Shown piece by piece: positions 16,316 through 34,054 of a stretch of DNA of 64,000 bases (position 1 is its first letter; each line of letters starts with the position of its first letter). The notes under the pieces are model-generated. The model searched no databases and had not been told where the DNA came from. It saw nothing but the letters and a program-made list of their open reading frames with translations. This DNA comes from the human T2T-CHM13v2.0 reference genome, Homo sapiens. The DNA lies in assembly GCF_009914755.1 (NCBI RefSeq), contig NC_060931.1; one strand, 5' to 3'. Both the position numbers and the translations under genes were made by a program.

Positions 16316-17664
16316 AGCCTGAAATTCACTGAATTGTAATTTCACAGGATCTCCACCCTAAAGAACCTCCCTAGACTTAGTGGCAGAAAGAGTAGCTTCC
16401 TGGAGGAGGCAGCTATTGCATCTGGAAATGAGACAAGTGGAGATGTGCTGATTTTCACACTCAAGAGTTTAGTGTCAGGAACTGGGACCAGCAGAAGACT
16501 TCTTCAACCTGTGAGACTAACCTGTGTTCCTCCCCAAACACATCGGCTTTGCTAAAGTATCCCAAACAAGAAGGTTGCATTCGAGGGCTATAAAGAAAGG
16601 AGGCACCAAAGGGGAGAGTGTCATTTTTCAAATCTAGTCTTGGAAGGAGAATCATCTCAAGGAATCTGGCAGGTAGAGAGCAGTGGCTTTAGCAAGAAAA
16701 GACCAGCTCCTGCACCCCAGTGATTAACCTGAGACGATGAAGAAAGGGGCGTGCAGGAAGCAGCCCGAGGCCAAGAAAACCAGCCAGGGACTCTGCTGGC
16801 CAGATGTTCTTCCAAATTCTACTTACACTTTCTCACTATTAATGTATCTCCAGGGAAACATAACACAGGAGGAAGTTCCGGGAGAGAAACTTGTAAGTCT
16901 CTGCCACAGGGTAACTTCCCCAAATCCTAGGTAAAAACAGCATAGAAATCTCTCCTGCTCATGCAAAAAAAAAAAAAAAAAAAAAAAGCTCCTCAGCATC
17001 TTCAAAGCTTAACCCAAGTGTCCTGTGGTAAGTCCCGGGTCCCACACGAGCAGGCATGGGGCGCTAGCATTGTGGGGTGCTTACAGGGTCAGCCGCTCCG
17101 CCAAAGACCTACGGTTCAGTATCCCAGCAATCCTAGGGCACACGTATTACTTTCATTATTGACATCTGCAAATGAGGAAACTGAGGCCAATAGCTAAGTA
17201 AGTCGTAAAGCATAAAGCCAGAATTTGAACTCAAAGCTACAGGACTTACAAAGCTCATGCTTCTAACCAAAACACTATTGCCTGCTATGCCACTGACTCA
17301 ATTCACCTGAATTCCCGGTGGATTGTTTACGGATCTGTCTGCTTCACTAAATTGTAAGTGACCTGAGCACAGCTCACGTTATTTATCCCCATGTCTCCCA
17401 CAGTGCTTAGCACAGTGCCTCACACGTGGCAGGTGCTTAATAAATATTCTGTGAGTCTATTTTCCATCCAGCAGCCAGAGTGATCCTTCTCAGACATAAA
17501 TCAATTGTCACTCTTCAGCTCTCAATCCTTCAGAGGGTTCTCATCACAACTAGAATAAATCCCAAAGTTCTTACCATGCCCCCATGATCTGGACCCCGCC
17601 ATCCCTTCCACTCCCTTCTGCACCATTTGTTTATTTGGCTCTGGCCCCACTGACTCTCCTGCCA

Positions 17665-17957
17665 TTTCTTTTCTCTTTCATTTGTTTCTCTTCCTTCCTT
17701 CCTTCCTCCCTCCCTCTTCCTCCCTCCCTCCCTCCCTCTTCCTTCCTCCCTCTTCCTTCCTTCCTCCCTCCCTCCCCTTCCTTACTCCCTCCCTCTTCCT
17801 TCCTTCCTCCCTCCCTTCCTCCCTTTCCTTCCTTCCTCCCTTCCTTTCTTCCTTCCTTCCTTCCCTCCCTCCCTTCCTGTCTTTTTCCTTCCTTTTTCTT
17901 TCTCTTTCTCTCTCTCTCCCTTCCTTCCTTCCTTCCTTCCTTCTAGTTCTTTCTTTT
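17665..17957. repeat. (CCTT/CCCT)n polypyrimidine tract
   Basis: Direct read; abuts an Alu. Confidence 0.95.
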
Positions 17958-18185
17958 GACAGGCATGGCTCACTGCAGCCTCGACCTCCCAGGCTCAGGT
18001 AATCGTCCTGCCTTATCACCCCTAGTAGCTGGGACTACAGGTGCATACCACCATGCCTGGCTTATTTTTGTAGAGATGGGGTTTTGCCATGTTGCCCATG
18101 CTGGTCTCAAACTCCTGGACTGAAGCAATCCTCCCGCCTTGGCCTCCCCAAATGCTGGGATTACAGGTGTGGGCCATCAAGCTCA
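17955..18185 (-). mobile_element. Alu (old, partly deleted)
   Basis: Reverse Alu consensus. Confidence 0.85.
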
Positions 18186-18514
18186 GCCTTCCTGCTGTTT
18201 CTTCAAAAACAAAAACAAAAACAAAAACAAAATGCCCCCTACTTATGGGCTTTGCGAGTGCTTTCCCCTGAGACTTGCATGGTTGGCTCCTTTCATCCCT
18301 TCAGATCTCTCTTCATGTGTCTCCTTCTCAGAGACCTTTCCTGGACACCCTAGTTAAAGTAGCAATCCTCATGTTCTGTCCTCACGCCCTGTCTTCTCTT
18401 CTTGATAGCACTCATTTCTACCAAGTATCTATGCATTTGTTTTCTGATTACAATGTTAGTTCCACGACAGAAGGGTTTTAGTCTTCAGCTATGTATCCCT
18501 GGAAAAGAGCCTGG

Positions 18515-19265
<751 letters not shown>

Positions 19266-19475
19266 GATGTAAATCTCCTTAATTCATTTGCGGAGTGAGC
19301 CATTCTGGGTCTGCATGCGCATGTGCAAGGTGGATCTGGGACTGAGCCGGTGGTGGAAAGCTGCGCACTGGGTCGGTCCTTGTGCGCATGTCTGCCCATG
19401 CGCACAGGGGATGTAGGCCGCTTACCCGGTAGCGCTAAGCACTATGGGTACACGTGCAGGTGCATAGTGGACCTA

Positions 19476-20045
<570 letters not shown>

Positions 20046-21150
20046 TCATTCACTCACTCACCAACGTTGTGCCAAGCTCTTTACTCACTCTGCCCACGAG
20101 GCACTGGGGATTCAGAGTGAGCGAGACTCACAGCCTTGGCCCCGGGAGAGCTTAGGGTGTAATAAGAGAAACACATTTAAAAAAATCAAATGATACCACA
20201 AATAGAATTACAGACCGTGAGGATTTCACAAAGTAAAGGTAGATGGGGCTATGAGAGTGTGTAGCAGGGGCCCAGATCCAGCCTTGTGGGCAGAGGGGGT
20301 TGGAGAAGGCTCCTGATGGTTGAGGTAAAATGTTAAGTTCGGGTGGGAAAAGGCATTCTAGGAAAGGGGAACAACATTGCCAAGGCCATATGGGGAGGAG
20401 GGAGGAACTTGGCATATTTCAGGAACTGAACGAAGACCAAAGTGGCCGAAGGAGAGAGAGAGAAGAGAAAGGCGAGGCTGGTGGTGTCAGCAGGGACTGG
20501 ATCATGAAGGGTCCTTGTGGGCTGCATTAAAGACCTGGGACTTTTTTTATATTTTAAAACAGGGTCTCGCTCTATTACCCAGGCTGGAGTGCAGGGGCAT
20601 GATCATAGCTTATTGCAGCCTGGAACTCCTGGGCTCAAGCAATTCTATGGCTGCAGCCTCCAAAAGTGTTGGAATTTCAGGCATGAGCCACTGTGCCTGG
20701 CCAAGACCTGGGTCTTTACAAAGAAGCAATGAAAAACCACCAAAGGGTTTTAAATAGGGGAGGAAGAATGGAGAAAGCACTGGAACAGATCGGGAATGGA
20801 TATGGAGAGTTAATGGGGTTGTGGGAGTCTGGACTGTGGGAAGTGTTGGGGCGGGCGAGAAGACTGATTCAAGAATGTTTAGAAAGGAAGATTAAGAAGG
20901 CAAGATGCTCAAGGGCTCTGGCCCATGAGACACTAGAAAGAATGCAGGCAAGGCAAGGACAAGATCTACGGGGTAGAATGAACTTGTGTTCCACCTGGCG
21001 CCATTCATGGGGGATGGTCCGTGAACACCCACTTCTCTTGGTTCCTGCTTCCCTTTGCCCCTGTTAACCTTTCATCATCAAGCAAAATAAGTGGTTGACA
21101 GACCCCAGTTCTATATGTCATAGATTCACAGCTTAAGAACCATGCCACTA

Positions 21151-21471
<321 letters not shown>

Positions 21472-22215
21472 TCAATCAACTCTAAGAAGACAGTCTCCCC
21501 ACATTCTATCACTTCTGAGTTGTATCTTGGAGCCCAGATGACGTAAATCAAGGTGCCAGGCCCTCCGCAGGGATTTGGTGAGCGTTAGTTTTCTGTTTCT
21601 AATAAACTGGTAGAACCAGGATAAATGGAATTGCCGCCCCAGTTTTGAAGAGTTTCCCAACTGACCAGGGCCAAAATGAACCACGTAGGCACCAGGTCTT
21701 CTATGACTGAAGGAGGTTGGAAGCACGATAAAAATTATGGAATAATATATGGTTCTCTGGGATTGAGAGCAGGAAGACAAATCTTTGGGTGAGAGGCTAG
21801 GAAAAATCATAGGAAGTAGGGATAGTTCTAGGTTTTTCTTTGGGATTATTACACAACCTGGAAACACCTTAAATGTAATTTCCCCAGCAGGTCCCAGTTT
21901 CTATACTATTGATTCCACTTATTGCTTACATTTCTGGGCCCTTCCTTAAACATTTTATTTTCAGATATTCTTCTGAGATATAGAAGAAGAAAGGTAGGTC
22001 TTAAAACTCGACCTTTTCCCTAGGACGGACAGAAGAAATAAATTTGATGGTATGTCAACCCTGATTGTTTGGTGAAGCCGCCTGCAGTACTGTTTCGAGA
22101 AACATTCCAAAGTTACATCCAAGCTCAGTGGGAAAGCATGCTGATTACTGATGTCTGCCATGGATGCCAGAGAGTCGCAGCTGATGAGCCACTTACCACC
22201 AGCCACGCTGGGGGA

Positions 22216-22901
22216 CAGTGATTATCAAACCTTCTAAACTGATCCATAGAAAGAAAAACATTTAACATTGTGGTCTAGTGACCATAGACAAAGATAACTC
22301 TACAAGTACATGTGTATACACATGTACATAATGTAAAATTAAAACAAGCTTCACAAACCATATTTATTACCTTTACTGAATATGATAAACCCCCCCTCCA
22401 GAAGTCAGGCTAGAAAAGCTTGTGGAACCCTTCTCGGAATATTTTTAAACAGATAAAGTACATCAGATTACAAAAGAAACCAATTATAATAAAATCCAGT
22501 TATCAAATATTAAATAAATTTGTGTTTCAGTAACATACTTCTTTATTAATGCATTAAATAACAAGACCTCTCGGCAGGTCTAATAAGTACTGTAATTTTG
22601 AAAGAGAGATGAGTGTAAGTGGCATTTTGAGAGATTTGCAGTAACTGTAGTGATAGGAAGAGATCTGTAATTTTCATTGTTGCCTAAGTCACAAGAATTA
22701 CTAATCACTCCTGTAATTTGTGGCTTCCTGACATTTGCAATTGAGGGCAATGCTGAATTGCAGTTGAGGTTGGTAAAATAAAGATGGCATTTCTTCCCCC
22801 CTCCCAGTTTATGGATCCTTTGAGTTCCATACACAGACAGCTTGAGTTCTATACACAAATGAGTAGGTGATGGACTGCGGACCCCAGTTTAAAAATCCCT
22901 G
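22216..22901. mobile_element. hAT/Charlie-like DNA transposon fossil
   Basis: Imperfect terminal inverted repeats CAGTGATTATCAAAC ... GTTTAAAAATCCCTG around an AT-rich interior; no intact target-site duplication seen. Confidence 0.6.
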
Positions 22902-22906
22902 ACCTA

Positions 22907-23239
<333 letters not shown>

Positions 23240-26200
23240 TTAATAAAGCAGTCTCACTGGAACAGCTCTATCAACTCCTCTGGAGTGACCTCTAGAATAT
23301 ATTAAGTTAAAAAAAAGTCCTGTACACTAAAGTATATATAGCATTTTACCTTTTGTCTAAGAAAGGGGTTATGAATATAAAAATATATATTTCCTTATAT
23401 GCTAAACATAAACAATGGAAGTTTAAGCCATCAATTTTAAAAAAGATTATTTATAGGGCAGAGAGGGAAAATCCTGCGGTTGAGTCTACCCTTTCCATCC
23501 AAGTTTTTATGTCTTACTAAAAATGTATAGTTCCCTAAACAATATATACTATTGGCTTTTGTTTTAAAATTTCACATAAATGGTGTCATACTGTACGTTT
23601 CCTTTTTCAGCATGTTTTTCTCCCTCTACATTTTTTTTTGAGATTTATCTAGATGGATACATATAGATCTAAGTCATTCGTTTTTAAAAATAGCTTTATT
23701 GTGATGTAATTCACATAGCATACAAGTTACCTTTTTAATATGTTCAATTCAATGATTTTAGTATATTCACAGAGCTGTGCAACCACCACCACAATCAATT
23801 TAAAATCATTTCCGTCATTTCAAAAAGAAGCTCCTCACCCTTTATTAGCCACTCTCAATTTCCCTCTAATCCCTGCTCCTCCAGCCCTGTGTAACCACTC
23901 GTTCACCTTCTGTCTGTATAGATTTGTCTTTTCCGTACATTTTATACAAGTGAAATCCTACAATTTATGGTCTTTCATGTCTGGCTTCTTTCACTCAGCA
24001 ACTTTTCAAGGTTTGTTCCTGTTGTAGCATGTATCAGGACTTCACTTATTTTAAATTGCTCAGTGATTTTTTCATTGCATGGACATGCCCCATTTTGCTT
24101 GTCTGTTCATCCACTAATGGACATTTGAGTTATTTCTACCTTTTGTCTATTATGAACAATGCTGCTATGAACATTCATGTAAAAGTTTTTGTGTGACTGT
24201 ATGTTTTTATTTCCCTTGGGTAGATACGTAAGAGTGGATTGTTAGGCCATATGGCAACTCTATATTTAACATTTTGAGGAATTGCCAAATTGTTTTCCAA
24301 AGCAGCTGCATCATTTTACATTGCCACCAACAAGCCATGAGGGTTTTAATTCCTCCATATTCTTGCTAACAACTTGTTATTGTCTGTCTTTTTTATTACA
24401 GCTCTCCTACTGAGTGTGAAGTAGCATCTCATTGTGGTTTTGATTTGCATTTCCCTAATGACTAACGATGTTGAGCATCTTTTCATGTGCATATTGGCCA
24501 TTTGTGTGCATTGAGAAATGTCTATTCAAATCCTTTGCCCATTTTAAAATTGTGTTGTTTGTCTTTTTATTATTGGGTTGTAGGATTTTGTTATGTATTC
24601 TGGATGCAAGCCACTTATCAGATATATGACTTGCAAATATTTTCTCCCACTCTGTCAGTTGTCTTTTCACTTTCTTAAAAGCATTGTTTGTAGCACAAAA
24701 GTTTCAAATTTTGAGGTAGTCCAATTTATTTATTTTTTCTTTTTTTCACTTGTGCTCTTGGCATGTATCCGAAACACCATTGTCTAACTCAAGATGATGA
24801 AGACTTACTCCTGTTTTTTGCCTTTGAATATTATACCTTAGTTCTTACATTGAGGATGATCCATTTTGAGTTAATTTTTGTGTATGGTGTGAGGTAGGGG
24901 TCCAGTTGCATTCTTTTATGTGTGGATGTCCAGTTGTCCAAGCACAGTTTGTTTGAAAAGACTACTCTTTCCCCATTGAATGATCTTGCTACCCTTGTTG
25001 ACAATCAACTGACCATAAAAGTAAACATTTGTTTTTGCACTATTGATTCTATTCCATTGATCTATATGTGTATCCTTATGCCAGTACTACATTGTCTTGA
25101 TTACCGAAGATTTGTAGATTTGTAGTAGGCCTTGAAATTGGGAGTATGGGTCTCCCAACCTTGTTCTTTTTCAAGATTGTTTTGGCTATTAGGTGCCTTT
25201 TACCTAATTTTAGGATTAGGATGTCAATTTCTGCAAAAAAGGCAGTTGGCATTTTGGTAGTGAATCTGCTGAATATGTAGATCAATTTGGAGAGTACTGC
25301 TACCTAACAATATTAAATCTTCTGATCTATGAACAGGGGGATGTCTTTCTTTAAATCTTCTTTAATTTCTTTCAGCAATGTTTCATAGTTCTCAGTGTAC
25401 AAGTCTTGCACTTCTTTTGTTAAATATATTCCTAAGTATTTCATTAATTTGATGACATTATAAATGGGAGTTTTTTTCTTAATTTCATTTGTGGGATATT
25501 CATTGCTGGTCTATAGATATATAATTTATTTTTGTATATTGACCTTGTATTCTGCAACCTTGTGAAATCATTTATTAGTTCTGTTAGTTTGTTAGAGACA
25601 TCTTATGATAGCCTATATATAAGATCATGTCATTTGCAGATAAAGGTAGTTTTACTTCTGTTTTTCCAATCTGGGTGCCTTTTATTTCTCTTCTTTGCCT
25701 AATTGCTCTGGCTAAAATACCTCCAGTACAATGTTAGATAGAAATGTTAACAGCAGGAATCCTTGCTTTGTTACTGATGTTAGCGGACAGCATCCAATCT
25801 TTCACTGTCAAGTATGACATTAGCTGTAGGCTTTTGCTTTTGTTTTTAAGATAGATGTCCTTTATCAGGTTGAGGAAGTTTTCTTACCTTCTTGGTTTAT
25901 TGAATGTTTTTATCCTGAAAGGGTTGTCGATTTTGTCAGATGCTTTTTCTGCATTTATTGAGGCTGCCATGTGGTTTTTGTTTTTTATTGTATTGATAGG
26001 GTTACACTACCTGACTTTCAGATGTTAAACCAACCTTGTATTCCTGGCATAAATCCCACACAGTCAGGGTGTATAATTCTTTTTATATGTTGCTTTTTAT
26101 ATGTTGCTGGATTTAACTTGTTTTTTAAAATAGGATTTTTGCATTCATATTCATAAGAGATATTGGTCTGTAGTTTTCTTTTCCTGTGATGTCATTGTCT

Positions 26201-26749
26201 GGTTTTGATATTGGCCTCAGAATGATTTAGGAAGTGTTTCTTCCTCTTCTGCTTTTTGGAAGAGGCTTTTAAGAATTGATATTAATTTTTCTTTTGTTTG
26301 GTAGAACTTACAAGTAAAGACATCTGGGCATGGGTTTTTCTTTGTGGATTATTTTTACAAATTCAGCCTCCTTACTTATTACAGGTCTGTTCATATTTTC
26401 TGTTTGTCTTGAGCCAGTTTCAGTAGTTTGTGTCTTTCTAGGAATTTGTCCATTATATCTAAGTTATCTAATTTATTGGCAGCAATTGCTCACAGTTCCC
26501 TTCATAATTCTTTTTATCTCTATAAGTTCAGTTATAATTTCCCCCCTTTCATTTCTGATTCTAGTAATTTGCATCTTCTCTCTTATTTTGTCGATATATC
26601 AAAGAACCAACTTTTGGTTTCATTAATTCTCTGTATTCCTTTTCTATTCTCAGGTTCATTTGCTTCTGCCCTAGTCCTGATTATTTCCTTTCTTTTCCTT
26701 GCTTTAGGTTTAGTTAGCTCTTCTTTTTCTACTTTTGCAAGGGAGGAGG

Positions 26750-26902
26750 TAAAACTGCCTTTGCAAAAGTTATAACAGAAAATTCTGACAGTGAAAGAGA
26801 TCTGACCTAACCAATTCCATCTTGCTTCTAACCTCCAAGCAGTCCTCGTTCATTCCTGGGCAGAGGCCAAACTAACTTTGGGAGGAACTTAGTTCATAGA
26901 TT
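26750..26902 (+). mobile_element. ERV1 LTR 5' fragment (LTR8-like)
   Basis: AAACTGCCTTTGCAAAA...CCATCTTGCTTCTAACCTCCAAGC...AACTAACTTTGGGAGGAACTTAGTT resembles the LTR8 5' end. Confidence 0.75.
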
Positions 26903-26957
26903 AATGTATTATTCTGCTGCTGTCAGATGGAGTGGACTACAGATGTCTGTTAGGTCT

Positions 26958-27613
<656 letters not shown>

Positions 27614-28154
27614 AACGTCTTCAACTCTTATTGTTGAATTGTGTATCTCTCCCTCCAGCTCTGTCCATCTTTGCTTCATGTATCTGGGGCTCTGATAGGT
27701 GCATATGCTTATAACTCTTATAGCTTCTCAGTGGATTGACCATTTTATCATTATGAGATGTTCTTCTTTAGCCACAGCCAAATTCCTGGACCTGGGGATT
27801 TCACAGTGGTGGGATGGGTGAGTGTGCTGGGGGCAATTGAGCTAGAAGGTGGCATTGGTGTAGCCATGGAGGTTGGAGCTCAGCCAGGGTGAGGAGACAT
27901 GCAGGCAGGTCAAGGCTATGAGGGCAGAGAAGAAACCAGCAAGCAGAGGAAGCTGGTCTACCGAGTGGTGCCATGGTGAGCCCATGAGGTTCCATGAGAA
28001 GCGGATGGCCGGGGTCATCTCTCTTGCTGCATAACTCAGTTCCCAACCTCATGAGCCTTGGCCTTCTGTGGTGTCTGGTCCTTGTTGTAGGCTTTCAGTA
28101 TCCTTCCACCTTCCCCGTTAATTTGAGCTATTAAATTTGTTTTAAAAATTATCA

Positions 28155-28465
28155 TTTTTAGAGACAGGGTTTTGCTCTGCCACCCAGGCTGGAATGCAGT
28201 GGGGCAATCCTAGCTCATGGCAGCCTCAAACTCCTGGGCTCAAGCAATCCTCCCACCTCAGCCTCCTGAGTGGTTAGGACTACAGGTGTGTGCCTCCACC
28301 CCTGGCTGTTTTGAACATTTTTTGTAGAGACAGGGTCTCACTACAGGCATGCACCACCATGCTGTAGTTTGCCCAGGCTAGTCTCAAACTCCTGGCCTCA
28401 AATGACCCTCCTACCTCAGCCTCCCAAAGTGCTGGGATTACAGTCATGAGCCACCACTCTTGGCC
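28155..28465 (-). mobile_element. Alu (AluJ-like)
   Basis: Reverse Alu consensus. Confidence 0.88.
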
Positions 28466-28849
28466 AATTTGAGATATTTCAAGTGGGATTTTGTTCCCTG
28501 CAACCAAAGTGCCTTGAGTAAAAATATCTATTTTCTGTCATGAGCAAAAGTTGGATTTAAAGTAATTAAAAATGAGGATTTGGTCTCCATTGAATCCAAT
28601 GAACTTTGTATAGATGACAACCTCCATAGTTCACTGCCTTAAGTTCTGACCTCTATGAGCCTTTTGCTAACACATGGCACTGGCTACCTGGGTCAAAGCC
28701 AGCAACACCATAGACACGCCTACAACAATGGCTCATTCTGACAACATGACCACGTGATCATTTGCATTCACAAAGGAAAATGTACTTGCTTTTATTATTT
28801 TCAAGAAGTGGACAGCCTAAGAATTTTATTCAACGAATTATTTATTGAC

Positions 28850-29345
28850 TAGGTGGCAGGCACTGCTGGTGTCTCTCCACACGACCCCCGACTTCCTGCT
28901 AACAGAATCCTTTTTTTTTTTTCCCCAAAAGCCAGGCAGTCTGATGCTTCAGGGAGGCTGAATATCTTTTGAGCTGCAAAGAGTGGCCCTTGTTTGGTCT
29001 CTACCAGTAGCGTAGAAACAAGCAGGTGAAGTGCTTTTGGCCATGCAACCTGCAGGAACATGCACTGGGAGCGGTTCTGGAGGTTTTCCTTGATCTTTAA
29101 CAGGGACACCTTGTCCTTGGGCTTTTGGCTATGAGTGTGTAAAGGTGAATGTGATGGTTTGGGTCACTGCACCTCAGCCTGTATCCCTCAGGTGACATCA
29201 AGGACCGAGGGTCTTTCCAGCTCTCTGCTCTGCCATCCTGAGCCCCTCCCACCTCTGGACTCCTGTAAGATATAAATGCTCTTTGTCCCAAGCCTTGTGA
29301 AGTTGGGTCTACTGTGATTTGCAGCCCAAAGCCTCCTAACTAATA
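28850..29345 (+). mobile_element. Degenerate MaLR LTR (MLT1-like)
   Basis: 3' end ...TGTGATTTGCAGCCCAAAGCCTCCTAACTAATA is typical of MLT1. Confidence 0.5.
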
Positions 29346-30269
29346 AAGACATCTACTTAGTACAAAGACTTGCTCAGCACCATGAATGCACAAGAGAGCT
29401 GAAAGGCAGGTGTTAAGAAGCTTATACCTTTTGCGGGGTCAGAAGGCACAGGCCTAGGAATTAAACAGCAGCTCAAGGCAAGAAGACAGGCAGGTCTGGA
29501 TAGACCAACCAGCATTTCTTACCAGCTTTCATGAACAAGGAGGTTGTAGTTGGCACATGCCAACCACGTGTTACAAGAGTGCTCAGTGACATAGAAAGCC
29601 TTCCTCCCGGGACCCCGGGTGACCCGGTGCAGCCACCTCAGCGGCCTGTCAGCTAAGCAGGAAATAACTAGGGCCAAATCTTCTTTCCAGAGCAGAGATG
29701 AAAGGGACCCTCCTACCTCATTGTAGCTCTCTGCAGCCTTGAGCTCCCAGGCTCCAGCAATCCTCCCACCTCAGCCTCCTAAGTAGCTGGGACTATAGGC
29801 GCACACCACCATGCCCGGCCAAGGGACCCTTCTACCTCAGATGCAGTGAAATCACAGACCCTGGATCTCGTTGAAACCTGTCCCATCGTTAATGCCCCTT
29901 TGCAGCACAGTTGCTTAGCAACCAGGGGTGAAGTTGAACTTGGGAAAGTGGACCAGTTTGTGAGTGCCTGGACTGAAAGGGCCTCTTCAACCTCAGCCGA
30001 CTTGAGTGAGAACTGGCTCTGTGCTGAGCACTGTGCTGGGAACAGAGGGTGCAAAGACGTTTCGCACACAGACCCTGGGTTGCAAGCTGCTCAGAGGTTG
30101 GTGGTAAGTGTCAGCCGCCCACACAAGCCCCGGTGGGAGGAACAGCATCCTCTGGAACCCTGCAGAGAGGGCAGCCACACGCCCTGCTGGCAGAACAGGA
30201 AGTGCTTCCCCACTGGGCTGCCCGCGTGCCAGGCACCGTGCCTGACCCTTTATAGAAATTATCTCATTT

Positions 30270-31920
<1,651 letters not shown>

Positions 31921-32745
31921 TTTTTTTTAAACATACAAAACAAAACCCTACTGTTAAGGATATACGGCAAAACTATACCAAGAAACAAGGGGACTGATAA
32001 AAATCAGAATGGTGGCTTCCCATGGGGAGGGGCAGCCAGACAGATGTGACCTCGGAAGGTCCCCTGAGGACATTGGTGACACAAGGAATTATGTTATGCT
32101 TCAACTGGGGACATGAGTGTCTGTTTCATTGTTCTCTGCCTCATAGATACACATTATATATACATATTTATATGTATGAAATATTTCATGGAAAAAATCT
32201 ATGGAGAGTGTAGCTAGCCTCAAAAGAAAAAAAATGTCTCAGACGCAATTCGAAATGTATTTTCCCTTCTAACACTTCCCTCTAACTCAGCATGACTCAG
32301 CCTCATCACCGGGGATGAACCCAGTGACTCTGTCAAGCTCTGGGCAGTTTCTTTGAAGGCAGTTTTCTCAGAAATGTGCCCAGAGGCCCCGAGGCTCTGA
32401 ACTTTAACAGCATGGCAGGTTGGATGGCCCGTCCCTACCTAAGTCTTAGCTGGAGCTTGTCGCAACTCGCAACTCAAACCCAACCTTTGGCAGGGTTTGA
32501 CTTCCAGTGTGAGACAGGTCCTAGGCCACACCAATCTCTTTGCAAATGGCTGAAAAGCAAGTGCCAGACCCCCAGGCTAGGCTCCACAGAAAGGGCTGTG
32601 TTGCTCACCTTCCCTGGGAAGCAAAGGACCAGGAGGTGACCCACCTGAGGACGAATTCCATGAGAGTTGCTGGCCTCACGTCCTGACTTACTCATTCAAG
32701 ACCTCTACTGTGGCTTCCTCTTGCTGTTATGATAAAGTTCCAATC

Positions 32746-33364
32746 TTTTTTTTTTTTTTTTCTTGAGATAGGGTCCTGCGCTGTTGCCCAGGCTGGAGTG
32801 CCGTGGCGTGATCTCAGCTCACAGCAGCCTCTGCCTCCTGAGCTCAAGCAATCCTCCTGCCTCCACCTACTGAGTAGCTGGGACCACAGGCAAACACCAC
32901 CGTGGCCAGCTAATATTTTAAAAATTATTTTTGTAGAGATGGGGTCTTGCTATGTTGCCCAGGCTGGTCTCAAACTCCTGGGCTCGAGTGATCTTCCCAC
33001 CTTGGACTCCCAAAGTGCTGGGATTACAGGCATGACCACCATGCCAAGCCATGTTCAACTTTTTTTTTTTTTTTTTTTTTTTGAGATAGAGTCTTGCTCT
33101 TTCACCCAGGCTGGAGTGCAGTGGCACCATCTGGGCTCACTGCAGCCTCGGCCTCCTGGGTCCAAGGATTCTCCTGCCTCAGCCTCCTGAGTAGCTGGGG
33201 TTACAGATGCCCACCACCATGCCTGGCTAATTTTTGTATTTTTTGTAGAGACGGGGTTTCACCATGTTGGCCAGGCTGGTCTCGAACTCTTGACCTCAGA
33301 TGATCCACTTGCCTCGGCCTCCCAAAGTGCTGGGATTTACAGGTGTAAGCCACTGTGCCTGGCC
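32746..33364 (-). mobile_element. Two tandem reverse Alus
   Basis: Poly-T plus reverse Alu, twice. Confidence 0.93.
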
Positions 33365-33592
33365 CATGTTCAGCATCTTGATCTTGATCTTCAGGCCCTG
33401 CAAGGTTTGCTTTCTGCCAGCCCCTCAATCTTATCACAACTACATCCCCGGCCTGCCAGCCTTTTCTCTGATGGTCTCCCAAGCTCCGGCTGGTGTCACA
33501 GCCTGATCTCTGCCCCTCTCTCCCTTCACTACTCCCGCCCCTCCGCCAAGTCTCAGGTCACCATCACTTGCGTTTTTTCCAATATAAAGGAA

Positions 33593-33880
33593 CGGCCAGG
33601 CACAGTGTCTCCTGCCTGTAATCAGTGCTTTGGGAGGCAGAGACAGGGAGATCGCTTGAGGCCAGGAGTTTGAGACCAGTCTGGGCAACGGAGCAAGGCC
33701 CTGTCTCTACAAAAAATTTAAAAAATTCACCAGATTTGGTTGTGTGTGCCTGTGGTCCCAGCTACTTGGGAGGCTAAAATGGGAGGATCACTTGAGCCAA
33801 GGAGGTGGAGGGCTGCAGTATGTTATGATCACATCACTGCACTCCAGCCGCAGTGATAGAACAAGACCCTGTCTCTCCAT
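33593..33880 (+). mobile_element. Alu (AluJ-like) ending ~40 nt from the exon 2 donor
   Basis: Forward Alu consensus. Confidence 0.9.
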
Positions 33881-33922
33881 AATATATAGAGAGGTATAGA
33901 GGGGATAACAGATGCCGAGTAC

Positions 33923-33929
33923 CTGGCAT
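33923..33929 (-). CDS. CARD11: CARD11 exon 2 coding part (ATG CCA G; Met1-Pro2-Gly3 first base)
   Basis: Minus strand reads ...CCCCTCC ATG CCA G|GTACTC. The G joins GA of exon 3 to give MPGGGPEM, the recognised CARD11 N-terminus. Confidence 0.93.
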
Positions 33930-34054
33930 GGAGGGGTGCTCACACACAGGGGCTGCTATCCCGCCATTGGGGTGTGACTTCTACACTTTCCGGCTGGATC
34001 TTGTCGTCCCTTGAGCCAGGCTCCCGTTGCATCTGGACTTGCAGTGCTTGGGAT
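33930..34054 (-). other. CARD11: CARD11 exon 2, 5' UTR part (whole exon 33923-34054, 132 nt)
   Basis: Pyrimidine-rich acceptor ctcttccttttcag|ATCCC (AG at 34056-34055), 125 nt upstream of the ATG. Confidence 0.85.

Noticed and set aside
15722-16345. Poly-Ser/Phe/Leu and Arg/Glu/Lys-rich ORFs (also at 8931-9440 and 17584-18019)
   Set aside because: Translations of purine/pyrimidine low-complexity tracts.
24455-25285. L1 ORF2-like peptides
   Set aside because: Fragmented by stops and frameshifts; this is a dead element.
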